DNA from: Planctomycetota bacterium
GTDB lineage: Bacteria; Planctomycetota; B15-G4; SIAN01
Direction of reading: 5' to 3'
NCBI GenBank assembly: GCA_031409275.1
Contig: JANNXA010000007.1
Coordinates: forward strand, 1-64,000
Length of the DNA stretch: 64,000 nucleotides
The notes beneath the pieces were generated by a model that saw only the letters and a list, made by a program, of their open reading frames with translations, was not told the origin of the DNA and did not search any database. Below are positions 56,539-64,000 of this stretch, piece after piece (the stretch's first letter is position 1; each line of letters begins with the position of its first letter). A program made the translations under genes and the position numbers.

Positions 56539-56697
56539 AGAGGGCCGAACAGAACGGACGCGTCGCACCGAGAACGAGCGAGGCTACCCAGGACAGGAGA
56601 CCGAAGCAGTCGACTCGGCAGAGTCGCCGCTGGAGGTCGACGAGTTCATGGGTGGCCGCAGCCGGTCGAACGCAGCGGACATTCGATCGGGCGCTTT
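56539..56697 (-). repeat. ~160-bp palindromic MITE-like dispersed repeat, copy 2
   Basis: Reverse complement aligns to 46298-46457. Its end AGAGGGCCGAACAGAA matches the opposite end of copy 1 at 15 of 16 positions, which defines the terminal IR. Confidence 0.85.
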
Positions 56698-56775
56698 GAA
56701 ACGGAGCCGGGGGACCAGCCAGTGACGGCCGATCCCCCGACTCTAGTTCGATTCCGTAAGTACCGCGCGTGGGCG

Positions 56776-59046
56776 TCAGCTGCGCGAAACGATGTCGTCG
56801 CCGGCGCCCTTGTCGTCGACCCCGTTGGGACCGAACGACCAGACCGTGTAGTGCTCCGCACCGTCCGTCGAATAGGCGTAAGCACGACCCCAAGGATCGT
56901 TCTTCAGTACGGCGCCGCTCAGGAAGCCTTCCGGGTAGCTCGGCTTGGGCTGCGTGAGTTCGACGAGCGAGGCCGGCGGCTTGCCGTACTCGATCATGTA
57001 GACGGTGATCGCCTGACTGAAGTCGGCGAGATCGATCTTGGCCTGGTCGGACGGCTCGGCAGGACGCGCCGGCTGCTCTGGAGCTGGGATCGCGCGCATC
57101 CCCCCCATCTCGCGCTGCGACGCCATGACGCCCATGCCCGCCGCGATGCCGATGCCGGCGGCCATCGCGCCCATGGTCGTCTCAGGACCGAACGGGCCGC
57201 GACTGACCGCGACCTGGCCGTTGCCGGTCGCATAGGTCATCGAAACCGTCCCGAACAGGTGCTTCGAGATGACCTCGGCGGTGGGCAACAGCGACATGTC
57301 GACAGGCAAGTCGTCCATTCCGCCCTGCGACTGCAGGCCCATCATCACCATCGGCAGCACGCCGAGCATCTGCGTGTAGGTGTTCTCGAAGTTCGCCGCC
57401 GTATCGCCATACGACAGCGAGGTCAGGATTGCGCCCTGCGGCGGCTCGACGAAGCGCTTGGCGAAGTCAGCCTTCGCCGTGATGTTCTCCGCCGGCGGAG
57501 TGCCGCGCGAATCGAGCGCCTTCTTCAACGACTTGGTCGACGTGGCGAACCAGAACTTGCCGTCGTAGATGGAATAGGTCAGCGAGAGGTTGCCGGCCAT
57601 CATCGCGGCAGGCCCAAGCGACATCGGGTCGAGGACCATCAGCTTCGCTTCGCCGTGCATCTGCTCCTTGAAGTTGATCGGGAAGTCCGCGAGCTTGGCA
57701 GGGAGCGCGAAGAGGTAGCGCAACGACTTCTCGAGACCGGCCGCATTCGGCGTCTCGATCCAGAAGATCGTGTCGCCACCGGGGCCGAGCATCGAACCGG
57801 CACCCGGCACGGTCATGCTCATCATTCGGCCGGCAAACGCGCCGATCAGGTCGCGACGGATGTTCCAGTTCGGGTTGCCCTGCTCGTCGGCGCCGGCCAC
57901 CATCGTCTCGGCGTCGCGCATCGCACCGGTGACCTGCTGGTGCATCTCCGGCGAAGCCTGCTTCACGGCGCCCATCGCCATGTCCCACAGGCCGCTCAGG
58001 TCGAAGTGGCTGAGTGAGAAGCTGAGCGCATCCTTGGGAATGAACTTCAGCAAGCCGCGGTCGATCGGCTGCGCGCGCGCCAGCGACGCGAGTCCGGGCG
58101 CGTTGGTGTCGACCTCGCTGTAGGCCGTGCTGACCGCCGTGCCGTCCTTCCAGGTGGAGACGGCGTACATCGGCCCGAACGCACTCGGGTTGAGCGCATC
58201 GAAGATCGCGCCAACCACGGCAGCTTGCGGATTGCCGCTCTCCCCGCCCGCGGCGATGGCCATGTCGATGCCGCTGCGAGCGAGTCCCATCATGCGACCG
58301 ACGTGCATGTAGACGGAGACGTCGCCGTGGCCCGCCGCGCCGGCGCCGGCGACACTGCGACCGAAGTCGGGGCTCGTCAAAAGCGACGGCTGGGTGCCGG
58401 AAACACGGCCCGCCATCTCGCCGATCGTGCGCTCCGACAGCGACATCACGCTGACACCGCCAAGATTGGCGAAGCAGAGCGAGATCGGGGAACCGGTCGC
58501 CTTGAGGCGCTCGATGGCGACCCCATTCACGGTGACGGTGTCGATCGTCGTCTTCTCCGCCCCCTCAGTCCGGGCGAAGGACATCAGCACCTGCTTCAGC
58601 GTTCCGATCAGGTCGGCGCCACCGCGCGGCTCCACGCCCAGCACGATGCCAAGGTCGATCAGCGTGGGGTTCTTGATCGCTTCGACGGGCAGGTGCATGT
58701 GGGTGATGGCAAGAAAGGCGCGGCCGTAGGGGCCAGCCATCAGCTTGTCGATGTCGAGATCGACGTTGGCGAGCGCGGGCTGCTGCTTCGCCATCGCCAT
58801 TCCCATGTCGACCGCCTTGCGCAGTTCGGCCATGGGCTTGTCGAGGAACTCCTTCACCTCTTGCTCGCCCATGAGCTGGCCGAGCGGGGACAGAGCGCCG
58901 GCGGCGCGCATCGCCGCGAGGTCATCCGTGCCGAGGTACATGAGCGTGTCGGGAGGCAGAAGCGCTTCCGGACGCACCGCCGACTGCGCGGCCGCAAGCT
59001 CGGGAAGACCGATCGAGCACGCCAGAACCAGCATCCGACCGAACAT
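56776..59046 (-). CDS. Large exported protein (DUF3352-like body) with a C-terminal GspG/pseudopilin-type head
   Basis: Signal peptide, PEALLPPDT and FIPKDA; C-terminus DPWGRAYAY...YTVWSFGPNGVD....DDI is the GspG signature; AAGGAG RBS. Confidence 0.75.
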   Translation of the reverse strand: MFGRMLVLACSIGLPELAAAQSAVRPEALLPPDTLMYLGTDDLAAMRAAGALSPLGQLMGEQEVKEFLDKPMAELRKAVDMGMAMAKQQPALANVDLDIDKLMAGPYGRAFLAITHMHLPVEAIKNPTLIDLGIVLGVEPRGGADLIGTLKQVLMSFARTEGAEKTTIDTVTVNGVAIERLKATGSPISLCFANLGGVSVMSLSERTIGEMAGRVSGTQPSLLTSPDFGRSVAGAGAAGHGDVSVYMHVGRMMGLARSGIDMAIAAGGESGNPQAAVVGAIFDALNPSAFGPMYAVSTWKDGTAVSTAYSEVDTNAPGLASLARAQPIDRGLLKFIPKDALSFSLSHFDLSGLWDMAMGAVKQASPEMHQQVTGAMRDAETMVAGADEQGNPNWNIRRDLIGAFAGRMMSMTVPGAGSMLGPGGDTIFWIETPNAAGLEKSLRYLFALPAKLADFPINFKEQMHGEAKLMVLDPMSLGPAAMMAGNLSLTYSIYDGKFWFATSTKSLKKALDSRGTPPAENITAKADFAKRFVEPPQGAILTSLSYGDTAANFENTYTQMLGVLPMVMMGLQSQGGMDDLPVDMSLLPTAEVISKHLFGTVSMTYATGNGQVAVSRGPFGPETTMGAMAAGIGIAAGMGVMASQREMGGMRAIPAPEQPARPAEPSDQAKIDLADFSQAITVYMIEYGKPPASLVELTQPKPSYPEGFLSGAVLKNDPWGRAYAYSTDGAEHYTVWSFGPNGVDDKGAGDDIVSRS

Positions 59047-59109
59047 GAAGATCTCCTTGCGGTCGATCGATGAACGCGCCCGTGACGGGCGATCCGAAAC
59101 TTGGCGAGT

Positions 59110-59126
59110 GGCAAAGGCAGTGCCGG
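59110..59126 (-). promoter_or_regulatory. Putative sigma54 (-24/-12) promoter
   Basis: Minus strand CCGGCACTGCCTTTGCC fits GG-N10-GC with GGCAC and TTGC cores, about 65 bp upstream of ATG 59046. Confidence 0.55.
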
Positions 59127-59234
59127 ACGTCCAACGCTTGCCTCACCGAGGGACGTCGCGTTCGGCGTCGTTCGTCGAGTGCCGAGTTGGCACGGGGGCG
59201 CCCCAAAACGCGGTGCGGGAGAGCCGGCCAAGCA

Positions 59235-59271
59235 AGGCGCCTCGGGCGACCGATGCCGCACCGAGGCGCCT
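59235..59271 (-). terminator. Stem-loop after the 59306-60739 gene
   Basis: 11-bp inverted repeat AGGCGCCTCGG/CCGAGGCGCCT. Confidence 0.6.
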
Positions 59272-59305
59272 CCAGCGTAGGCGGGATCGAAGAGGCCGGC
59301 TCGAC

Positions 59306-60739
59306 TCAGCCCTGGATCGCGGCGATGTAGGCGTCGAACTCCTTGTCAGCGTCCTTGCCGAGCAGCGTTTCGAGCTTGAGGAAGTCCTTGAGCAGTCCCT
59401 TGTCCTTCGGCTTCGCCAATCCGGCGCGAACCTTGGCCCACTGCTCGTCGACCTTCTTCGGCTTGTTCTGACCGTCGATCAGGAATCCGATGACGGCACC
59501 GGCCTGGAGGATCGACTGACGCGTGCCCTGGAACGGGTCGAAGTAGCTCTTGAGGTCGATCTTGCCGCCTTCCTTCATCAGCGTGTCGAGCGTCCACTTG
59601 GCGATCGCCTTGTGGTCGGACGCCTTGCCGATCGGATTCCAGTAGCGCTCGCAGTACGCAGCGATGCCGACCGAGAACCACGGCGACGGCGGCTCCGCGA
59701 ACACCATGTTCCGCGTGGCGGCGGCGGCCGCGGCGTAGCGAATGTGGCCCAGCGAGAAGTTGTCGTTCCCCTTCTCGTTTCCGGCCTGCACCTCTTCGTA
59801 GATCGTCACGCCGGCGAAGCGACCGGTGTTCGCGTCCGTGAGGATGAAGGTGCTCCAGTTCGACGACATCGTCGCGTCGAACGCATCCGTCACCTGGCCG
59901 CCGAGCTGCTGATAGTCGGCGATGTCCTTGACCATGATCAGACCGAGCTTCTGGACGTCCGCGGCCTTCGGCAGCGGCAGGCCGACGATCTGATAGGCCT
60001 TCTCGATCGATCGATCCGCGTGCATCAGCGCCTGCTTGGCGAAGGCGTAGGTGCAGGTCGTCGTCAGCGCGGTGTAGTCGCTCTCGAGCACCCATGGATT
60101 CGTGAAGTCAGCGTGGACCTTGTTGGCCTCGGCCTCGTTCAGCCACTTGTCGCCGACACGGAACTCGCCCTTGCGGATGTGCTCGATGTCTTCCTTGGTG
60201 ACCCACAGTCCGTCGAAAAGGACCATCCCCTTCTCGAGGCGCTCCTTCTGCTCCGGCGTCACCCACTGGACGTTGCCGTCGGCCTCGTACTTGACGAGTC
60301 CCTTCTCGAGCTTGTCGTACTCCTCGGCCGGGACCCATTGGTCCTTCCACTTCTTCAGCCCCTTCGCGGCCTTCTCGGCCTCTTCGGCCTTGGCCTTCTC
60401 GCGCTCGATTTCGCGCTTGGTGAGCCACTTCTCGCCGAACTTCTCGTAGCCAAGAAGCGCGCGCGCTTCGGCGTGGTCGGGGTTGATCTTGATCACATCA
60501 CGCAAGAGGCGCTTGCTGTCGGTCTTCAGGTTGTTCTGCTCGGCCCACAGGGCCACCTGGAAGACCGCGGCGGCGTCCTTCTTGTCGATTTCAGCGAGCT
60601 TCTTCTCGAGCTCTGCCTTCGCGTCTTGCACACGAGGCGCCGCGGAAGCGGCCTGCAGCGGCGCGGCAGCCATCCCGTGGACGCCCGCGACACCAACGAT
60701 TCCCGCGAGAAGCCAGCGAGTTGCGACCTTCGTTGCCAT
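59306..60739 (-). CDS. Secreted protein: helical N-domain, tandem G-x-W hairpin repeats and a gluzincin-like C-domain lacking zinc ligands
   Basis: Signal peptide; ALWAEQNNL...PDHAEARALLGY; PWFSVGIAAYCE; strong codon bias. Confidence 0.75.
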   Translation of the reverse strand: MATKVATRWLLAGIVGVAGVHGMAAAPLQAASAAPRVQDAKAELEKKLAEIDKKDAAAVFQVALWAEQNNLKTDSKRLLRDVIKINPDHAEARALLGYEKFGEKWLTKREIEREKAKAEEAEKAAKGLKKWKDQWVPAEEYDKLEKGLVKYEADGNVQWVTPEQKERLEKGMVLFDGLWVTKEDIEHIRKGEFRVGDKWLNEAEANKVHADFTNPWVLESDYTALTTTCTYAFAKQALMHADRSIEKAYQIVGLPLPKAADVQKLGLIMVKDIADYQQLGGQVTDAFDATMSSNWSTFILTDANTGRFAGVTIYEEVQAGNEKGNDNFSLGHIRYAAAAAATRNMVFAEPPSPWFSVGIAAYCERYWNPIGKASDHKAIAKWTLDTLMKEGGKIDLKSYFDPFQGTRQSILQAGAVIGFLIDGQNKPKKVDEQWAKVRAGLAKPKDKGLLKDFLKLETLLGKDADKEFDAYIAAIQG

Positions 60740-60856
60740 GGAATTGGACCTCTGCCGACAAGTTCTTGAAATCTGCACGTGGGGGCGACGAGCTTTGCGT
60801 CCTTGCACGACTCGCTCAAGGGAGTAGTTCCGTCGGGTTCGCACGGAACTGCGCCA

Positions 60857-61531
60857 CTACCCGCCGGAAGACCGACTCCGCTCGCCCCCTGCCTGCGCGA
60901 ACTTCGAGTCGGTGCGCTGCCCGGCCCGTTGGAAACGGCGCAGGAGCGTCGCGTCACCCGCTTCGACCACCAGCAGGAGGCCCCAGTCGGGTCGCTCCGG
61001 AGCAGAGAGCAGCTTCATTCCAGCTTGTTCCGGCGTTCGGCAGCTCTTCTTCCTATTACAAGGCATGCATGCCAGCACGCAGTTCGCCCAGTCCGTCGCC
61101 CCGCCCTGGCTCCGCGGGACGACGTGATCGATGGTGAGCTGCTCGTTGGACTGGCGGCGGCCGCAGTATTGGCAACGGTGCAAGTCGCGCCGGCTGAGGT
61201 TGCGACGGCTGAAAGGAACGCTGACAGCAGGAAGTCGATCATACGTTGAAAGCAAGATGACTTCCGGAGCGCCTACCTCGAAGACCGGCGTCCGAACCAC
61301 TCGACCGGGGTCGCGCGGGCCCGACCGTAGCCACTGTTCGAAGTCGAAGGTGGTGTAGCTCTCCGGCTCGACGGCCTTGGCTGCGTTCTGGAACAGCATC
61401 ACCAGCGCCCGCCGCACCGTCGTCAGATGGATCGGCACCCACGAACGATTGAGGACGAGCGTTCGCTCGGCCAAGACGGACCGCTGCCGAAGAGGAGCTC
61501 GCTCCATACCAAGCGTCTCGCTCACCGCCAT
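60857..61531 (-). CDS. HNH endonuclease (McrA-like, standalone)
   Basis: LVLNRSW, RD...CQYCG, TIDHVVPRSQGG, NCVLAC.PCN.KK and TPEQAGM motifs. Confidence 0.9.
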   Translation of the reverse strand: MAVSETLGMERAPLRQRSVLAERTLVLNRSWVPIHLTTVRRALVMLFQNAAKAVEPESYTTFDFEQWLRSGPRDPGRVVRTPVFEVGAPEVILLSTYDRLPAVSVPFSRRNLSRRDLHRCQYCGRRQSNEQLTIDHVVPRSQGGATDWANCVLACMPCNRKKSCRTPEQAGMKLLSAPERPDWGLLLVVEAGDATLLRRFQRAGQRTDSKFAQAGGERSRSSGG

Positions 61532-61734
61532 TCCGGGGTCGCCGCGCGGCGGGGGCGCGCCGGCGGGACCGAACCGGTGCGCGATTGTAGCTCGGTGGAA
61601 CGATCCGTTGCGGCGCTCGGACCACCAAGCCGTCGAGTTGGCGCTCCCCCTCCAGCACGGCGGGCTGCTACGATCCCCCGCCTTTCCCCACGCCCGGCGC
61701 GTCCCGCCTGGCACCCGAATGCGAAAACCAAGCG

Positions 61735-62733
61735 ATGGCAGCTGATCGGACTTCCGGCGTCGACTTCACCGGACTCGAAGAGACCTTCGAGTGGCTCAAG
61801 TCGAAGAAGAACCTCTTCGTCGGCGTCGCGCTGATCCTCGCGCTCGTCTGGGCGGCGTCGACCTTCATCGACAACCAGAAGGCCGAGTCGGAGCGCGCGC
61901 CGTGGCAAGTCGCCTTCGGCGGCGCCACCGATCCGTGGCGGGCCACGCCCGACGAGCTCGCGACGATGATCGCGGACCCGAAGGTCAAGGGCACGCCGGC
62001 CGAGGCCTACCTCCTCTACTGGCAGGCTCTGCGCAAGCACGAAGCAGGCGACTCCGCCGGAGCGCTCGAGCTGCTGGCATCCTTCAAGCGCAGCTTCAGC
62101 GGCAACCTGCTCGCGACCGGAAAGCTTCCGGGCGGTGACTTCGAGCTGCGTACCGCCGTCGAGCGGATGGAAGCGCAGATCCAGCAGCACGAGCAGTGGA
62201 AGGCCGCGCATCCGCTGCCAACTGCGAACCCCGCGCCGACCGGCGCTACGGTCACGCTCGTCACTGAGCGCGGCAACATCGTGATCGGCCTGCACGCGAG
62301 CGCCTCGGCGCAGAGCTGCGCCGCGTTCCTGAAGGTCGCGACGGCACTGAAGGATCAGTTCATCGCGAAGACGTCGCCCGACAAGTGGATCGAGCTCGGC
62401 GCCACCGAAGCGGGCACCCCCATCGAGACCAAGGAGTTCACCGAGGGCTTCCCGCCGTTCGAGCAGAACACGCTTTCGCACTTCGCTGGCGCCGTGTCGT
62501 TCCGCCAGCCGCCGTTCACCAAGGGCCCGTTCAACCCCGACGTCCGCATCTCGCTGGCCACCGACCTGAATGAGGATGGTCGCTCGACCGTCTTCGGTCA
62601 GGTGACCGCCGGACTCGATCTGCTGGTCGCGATCGCGGGCGAGGCCCGCAAAGCGGACAACCCGCAGCTGCTCGAGAAGCCGATCAAGATCACGGACGTG
62701 CAGCTGTCGACGGCGGCACCGGCAGGCGGCTGA
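61735..62733 (+). CDS. Membrane-anchored TPR-like plus cyclophilin-like (PPIase-fold) protein
   Basis: N-terminal TM and helical region, then VTLVTERGNIVIGL, HFAGAVS, TVFGQVTAGLD and PIKITDV. Confidence 0.72.
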   Translation: MAADRTSGVDFTGLEETFEWLKSKKNLFVGVALILALVWAASTFIDNQKAESERAPWQVAFGGATDPWRATPDELATMIADPKVKGTPAEAYLLYWQALRKHEAGDSAGALELLASFKRSFSGNLLATGKLPGGDFELRTAVERMEAQIQQHEQWKAAHPLPTANPAPTGATVTLVTERGNIVIGLHASASAQSCAAFLKVATALKDQFIAKTSPDKWIELGATEAGTPIETKEFTEGFPPFEQNTLSHFAGAVSFRQPPFTKGPFNPDVRISLATDLNEDGRSTVFGQVTAGLDLLVAIAGEARKADNPQLLEKPIKITDVQLSTAAPAGG

Positions 62734-63556
62734 GCGCCGCGCGGACGACCGCGATCGCCTCCGCGGCGGCCGCCGCACCGCGGTGGCTGTCGCGCGAGAG
62801 TTCCAGCGCCAACGGCCCGCGGTAGCCGATTCGCTGCAGTTCGGCGAGCCACGGGACCAGCTCGATCTCACCCTGCCCGAGCGGCAGGTGCTCATGCACG
62901 CCGCGTCGCGCATCGTCGAGCTGCACGTTCCTCAACGTCGGCGCGAACTCGGCCAGGTGCGCATGCGCTGCCCCTGGCTCGGTCACCAACAGGTGACCGC
63001 TGTCGATCGTCGTCGCCAGTTCGGCGCGACCCAACCGTCGGCGCAGCTCGCGATAGGCCGCGAGCGAATCGACCAGCATCCCCGGCTCCGGCTCGAAGCA
63101 GACCGTGACGCCGGCCAGAGCGGCATCGTCGAGCACGCGATGCAGCCGCTCGATGAGGCGCGTCCACGCCTGCTCGACGTCACCGTCCTCGGGCGCAGGC
63201 GCCCCGCTCCACAGCGACAGCTCGCGCGCGCCCAACGCGGACGCCAGCCGCAGCGCCTGCCGGTACCACGCCAGTCGTCGTGCCGCCGCGTCGGCATCGG
63301 CCGTCAGCAGATTCGGCCAGTGCTTGCGGCGCGGATCGAGGACGTAGCGTGCCCCGGTCTCGACGACGCAGCGCAGCCGATGGCGCTCGAGCGCAAGCCG
63401 CAGCGCGTCCCACTCACGCTCCCTCGACGTCGCGAGGTCGCAATGGGCGACGTCCGGGGTCAGCGCGACGCCCTCGTATCCGAGGTCGGCCAGCAGCGCG
63501 AGCGCCTCTTCCAGCCGATGGTGCGCGAGCCCGTTCGTGTTGTAGGCGAGCCACAT
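62690..63556 (-). CDS. Sugar phosphate isomerase/epimerase (xylose-isomerase-like TIM barrel)
   Basis: AYNTNG, ETGARY, FEPEPG, DSGH, HEHL.LG.GEI and LELSR motifs. Confidence 0.85.
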   Translation of the reverse strand: MWLAYNTNGLAHHRLEEALALLADLGYEGVALTPDVAHCDLATSREREWDALRLALERHRLRCVVETGARYVLDPRRKHWPNLLTADADAAARRLAWYRQALRLASALGARELSLWSGAPAPEDGDVEQAWTRLIERLHRVLDDAALAGVTVCFEPEPGMLVDSLAAYRELRRRLGRAELATTIDSGHLLVTEPGAAHAHLAEFAPTLRNVQLDDARRGVHEHLPLGQGEIELVPWLAELQRIGYRGPLALELSRDSHRGAAAAAEAIAVVRAALSRLPVPPSTAARP

Positions 63557-63587
63557 GGGCGCCCGATCCTATGCCGAGCGCCGCAGT

Positions 63588-64000
63588 TCAGCGCGCCGGC
63601 TGTATGCGCGGCAGCCCTTCGCCCTTCTTGCGCAGCACGGCGAAGTAGCCGCCGTCGCCACCGTCGTCGACCGGCAGCGTCGATTGCTCGGCGAGGAGCT
63701 CGAGGTCGCGGTGCGCCGCCAACAACGCGCGCACCTGCTCCTCGTTCTCCTCAGGCTCGATGCTGCAGGTCGAGTAGACGAGACGGCCGCCCGGAAAGAG
63801 GCGACCGACCGCGGTCTTGAGCAGCTTCTTCTGCAGCTCGGTCAGCTCGGCGAGATGCTCTGCCGTCAGCCGCCCCTTGGCTTCGGGTCGCCGCGCCAGC
63901 ACGCCCGAGTTGCTGCAAGGCGCGTCGAGCAGCACGCCGTCGTACGGCGCCGGCGTCACCGCGCGGATCGAAGCCTCATCGGTGGCGTCGACCGCCATGC
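63588..64000 (-). CDS. rsmB: RsmB/NOL1/NOP2 family RNA m5C methyltransferase, C-terminal part (runs off the window)
   Basis: LLDAPCSNSG, VYSTCS..PEENE and DGGY motifs. Confidence 0.88.
   Translation of the reverse strand, partial: MAVDATDEASIRAVTPAPYDGVLLDAPCSNSGVLARRPEAKGRLTAEHLAELTELQKKLLKTAVGRLFPGGRLVYSTCSIEPEENEEQVRALLAAHRDLELLAEQSTLPVDDGGDGGYFAVLRKKGEGLPRIQPAR

Noticed and set aside
46298..56697. The two inverted repeats as ends of a 10-kb composite transposon or invertible segment
   Set aside because: The copies are diverged, each has its own terminal IRs, the enclosed genes include core pyrBI, and no recombinase or transposase is present.
56740..56765. tRNA-like GTTCGATTCC T-loop
   Set aside because: No acceptor, D or anticodon stems can be built around it.
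60857..61531. HNH nuclease as part of a defence, CRISPR or IscB-like system
   Set aside because: It looks like the common standalone HNH type. There is no RuvC region and no adjacent methylase, array or cas genes.
1..64000. CRISPR arrays, rRNA, prophage or integron
   Set aside because: I saw no regularly spaced repeats, rRNA signatures, phage genes or integrase by eye.

Overview
This is a high-GC bacterial window, and the gene content suggests an uncultured Planctomycetota-like genome (inference from protein families, not verified). It begins inside the left end of an ISL3-family insertion sequence that truncates a secreted-protein gene. Next come envelope and secreted enzymes: DUF1573, SGNH hydrolase, M16 peptidase, a frameshifted SMI1/KNR4 gene, GH30 and TerC, plus an ECF sigma factor with its membrane partner. 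About 12.1-30.4 kb holds a Wzx/Wzy-dependent exopolysaccharide locus (Wza, kinase-degenerate Wzc, Wzy, Wzx, priming transferase, four GT4, deacetylase, CelD/BcsL-type GNAT). That locus is bracketed by two membrane-anchored sulfatase-fold proteins that carry Thr where true sulfatases have the Cys/Ser formylglycine motif. A satellite block (about 31.9-43.8 kb) has two FG-GAP/ASPIC proteins, an alginate-lyase-like lipoprotein, two GNATs, a third Thr-type sulfatase-fold gene and FabH. The rest is mostly core genome (purF, pyrBI, Na+/solute symporter, rsmB-like) with several oddities. These include a LexA-like repressor lacking its Ser/Lys dyad and two copies of a ~160-bp palindromic MITE-like repeat. 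There is also an orphan Cys-rich microprotein behind a near-consensus sigma70 promoter, an uncalled 55-aa transporter partner, a large protein ending in a GspG-type pilin head, and degenerate gluzincin and cyclophilin domains. I recognised no rRNA, tRNA or CRISPR array. All calls come from reading motifs by eye; no database searches were run.
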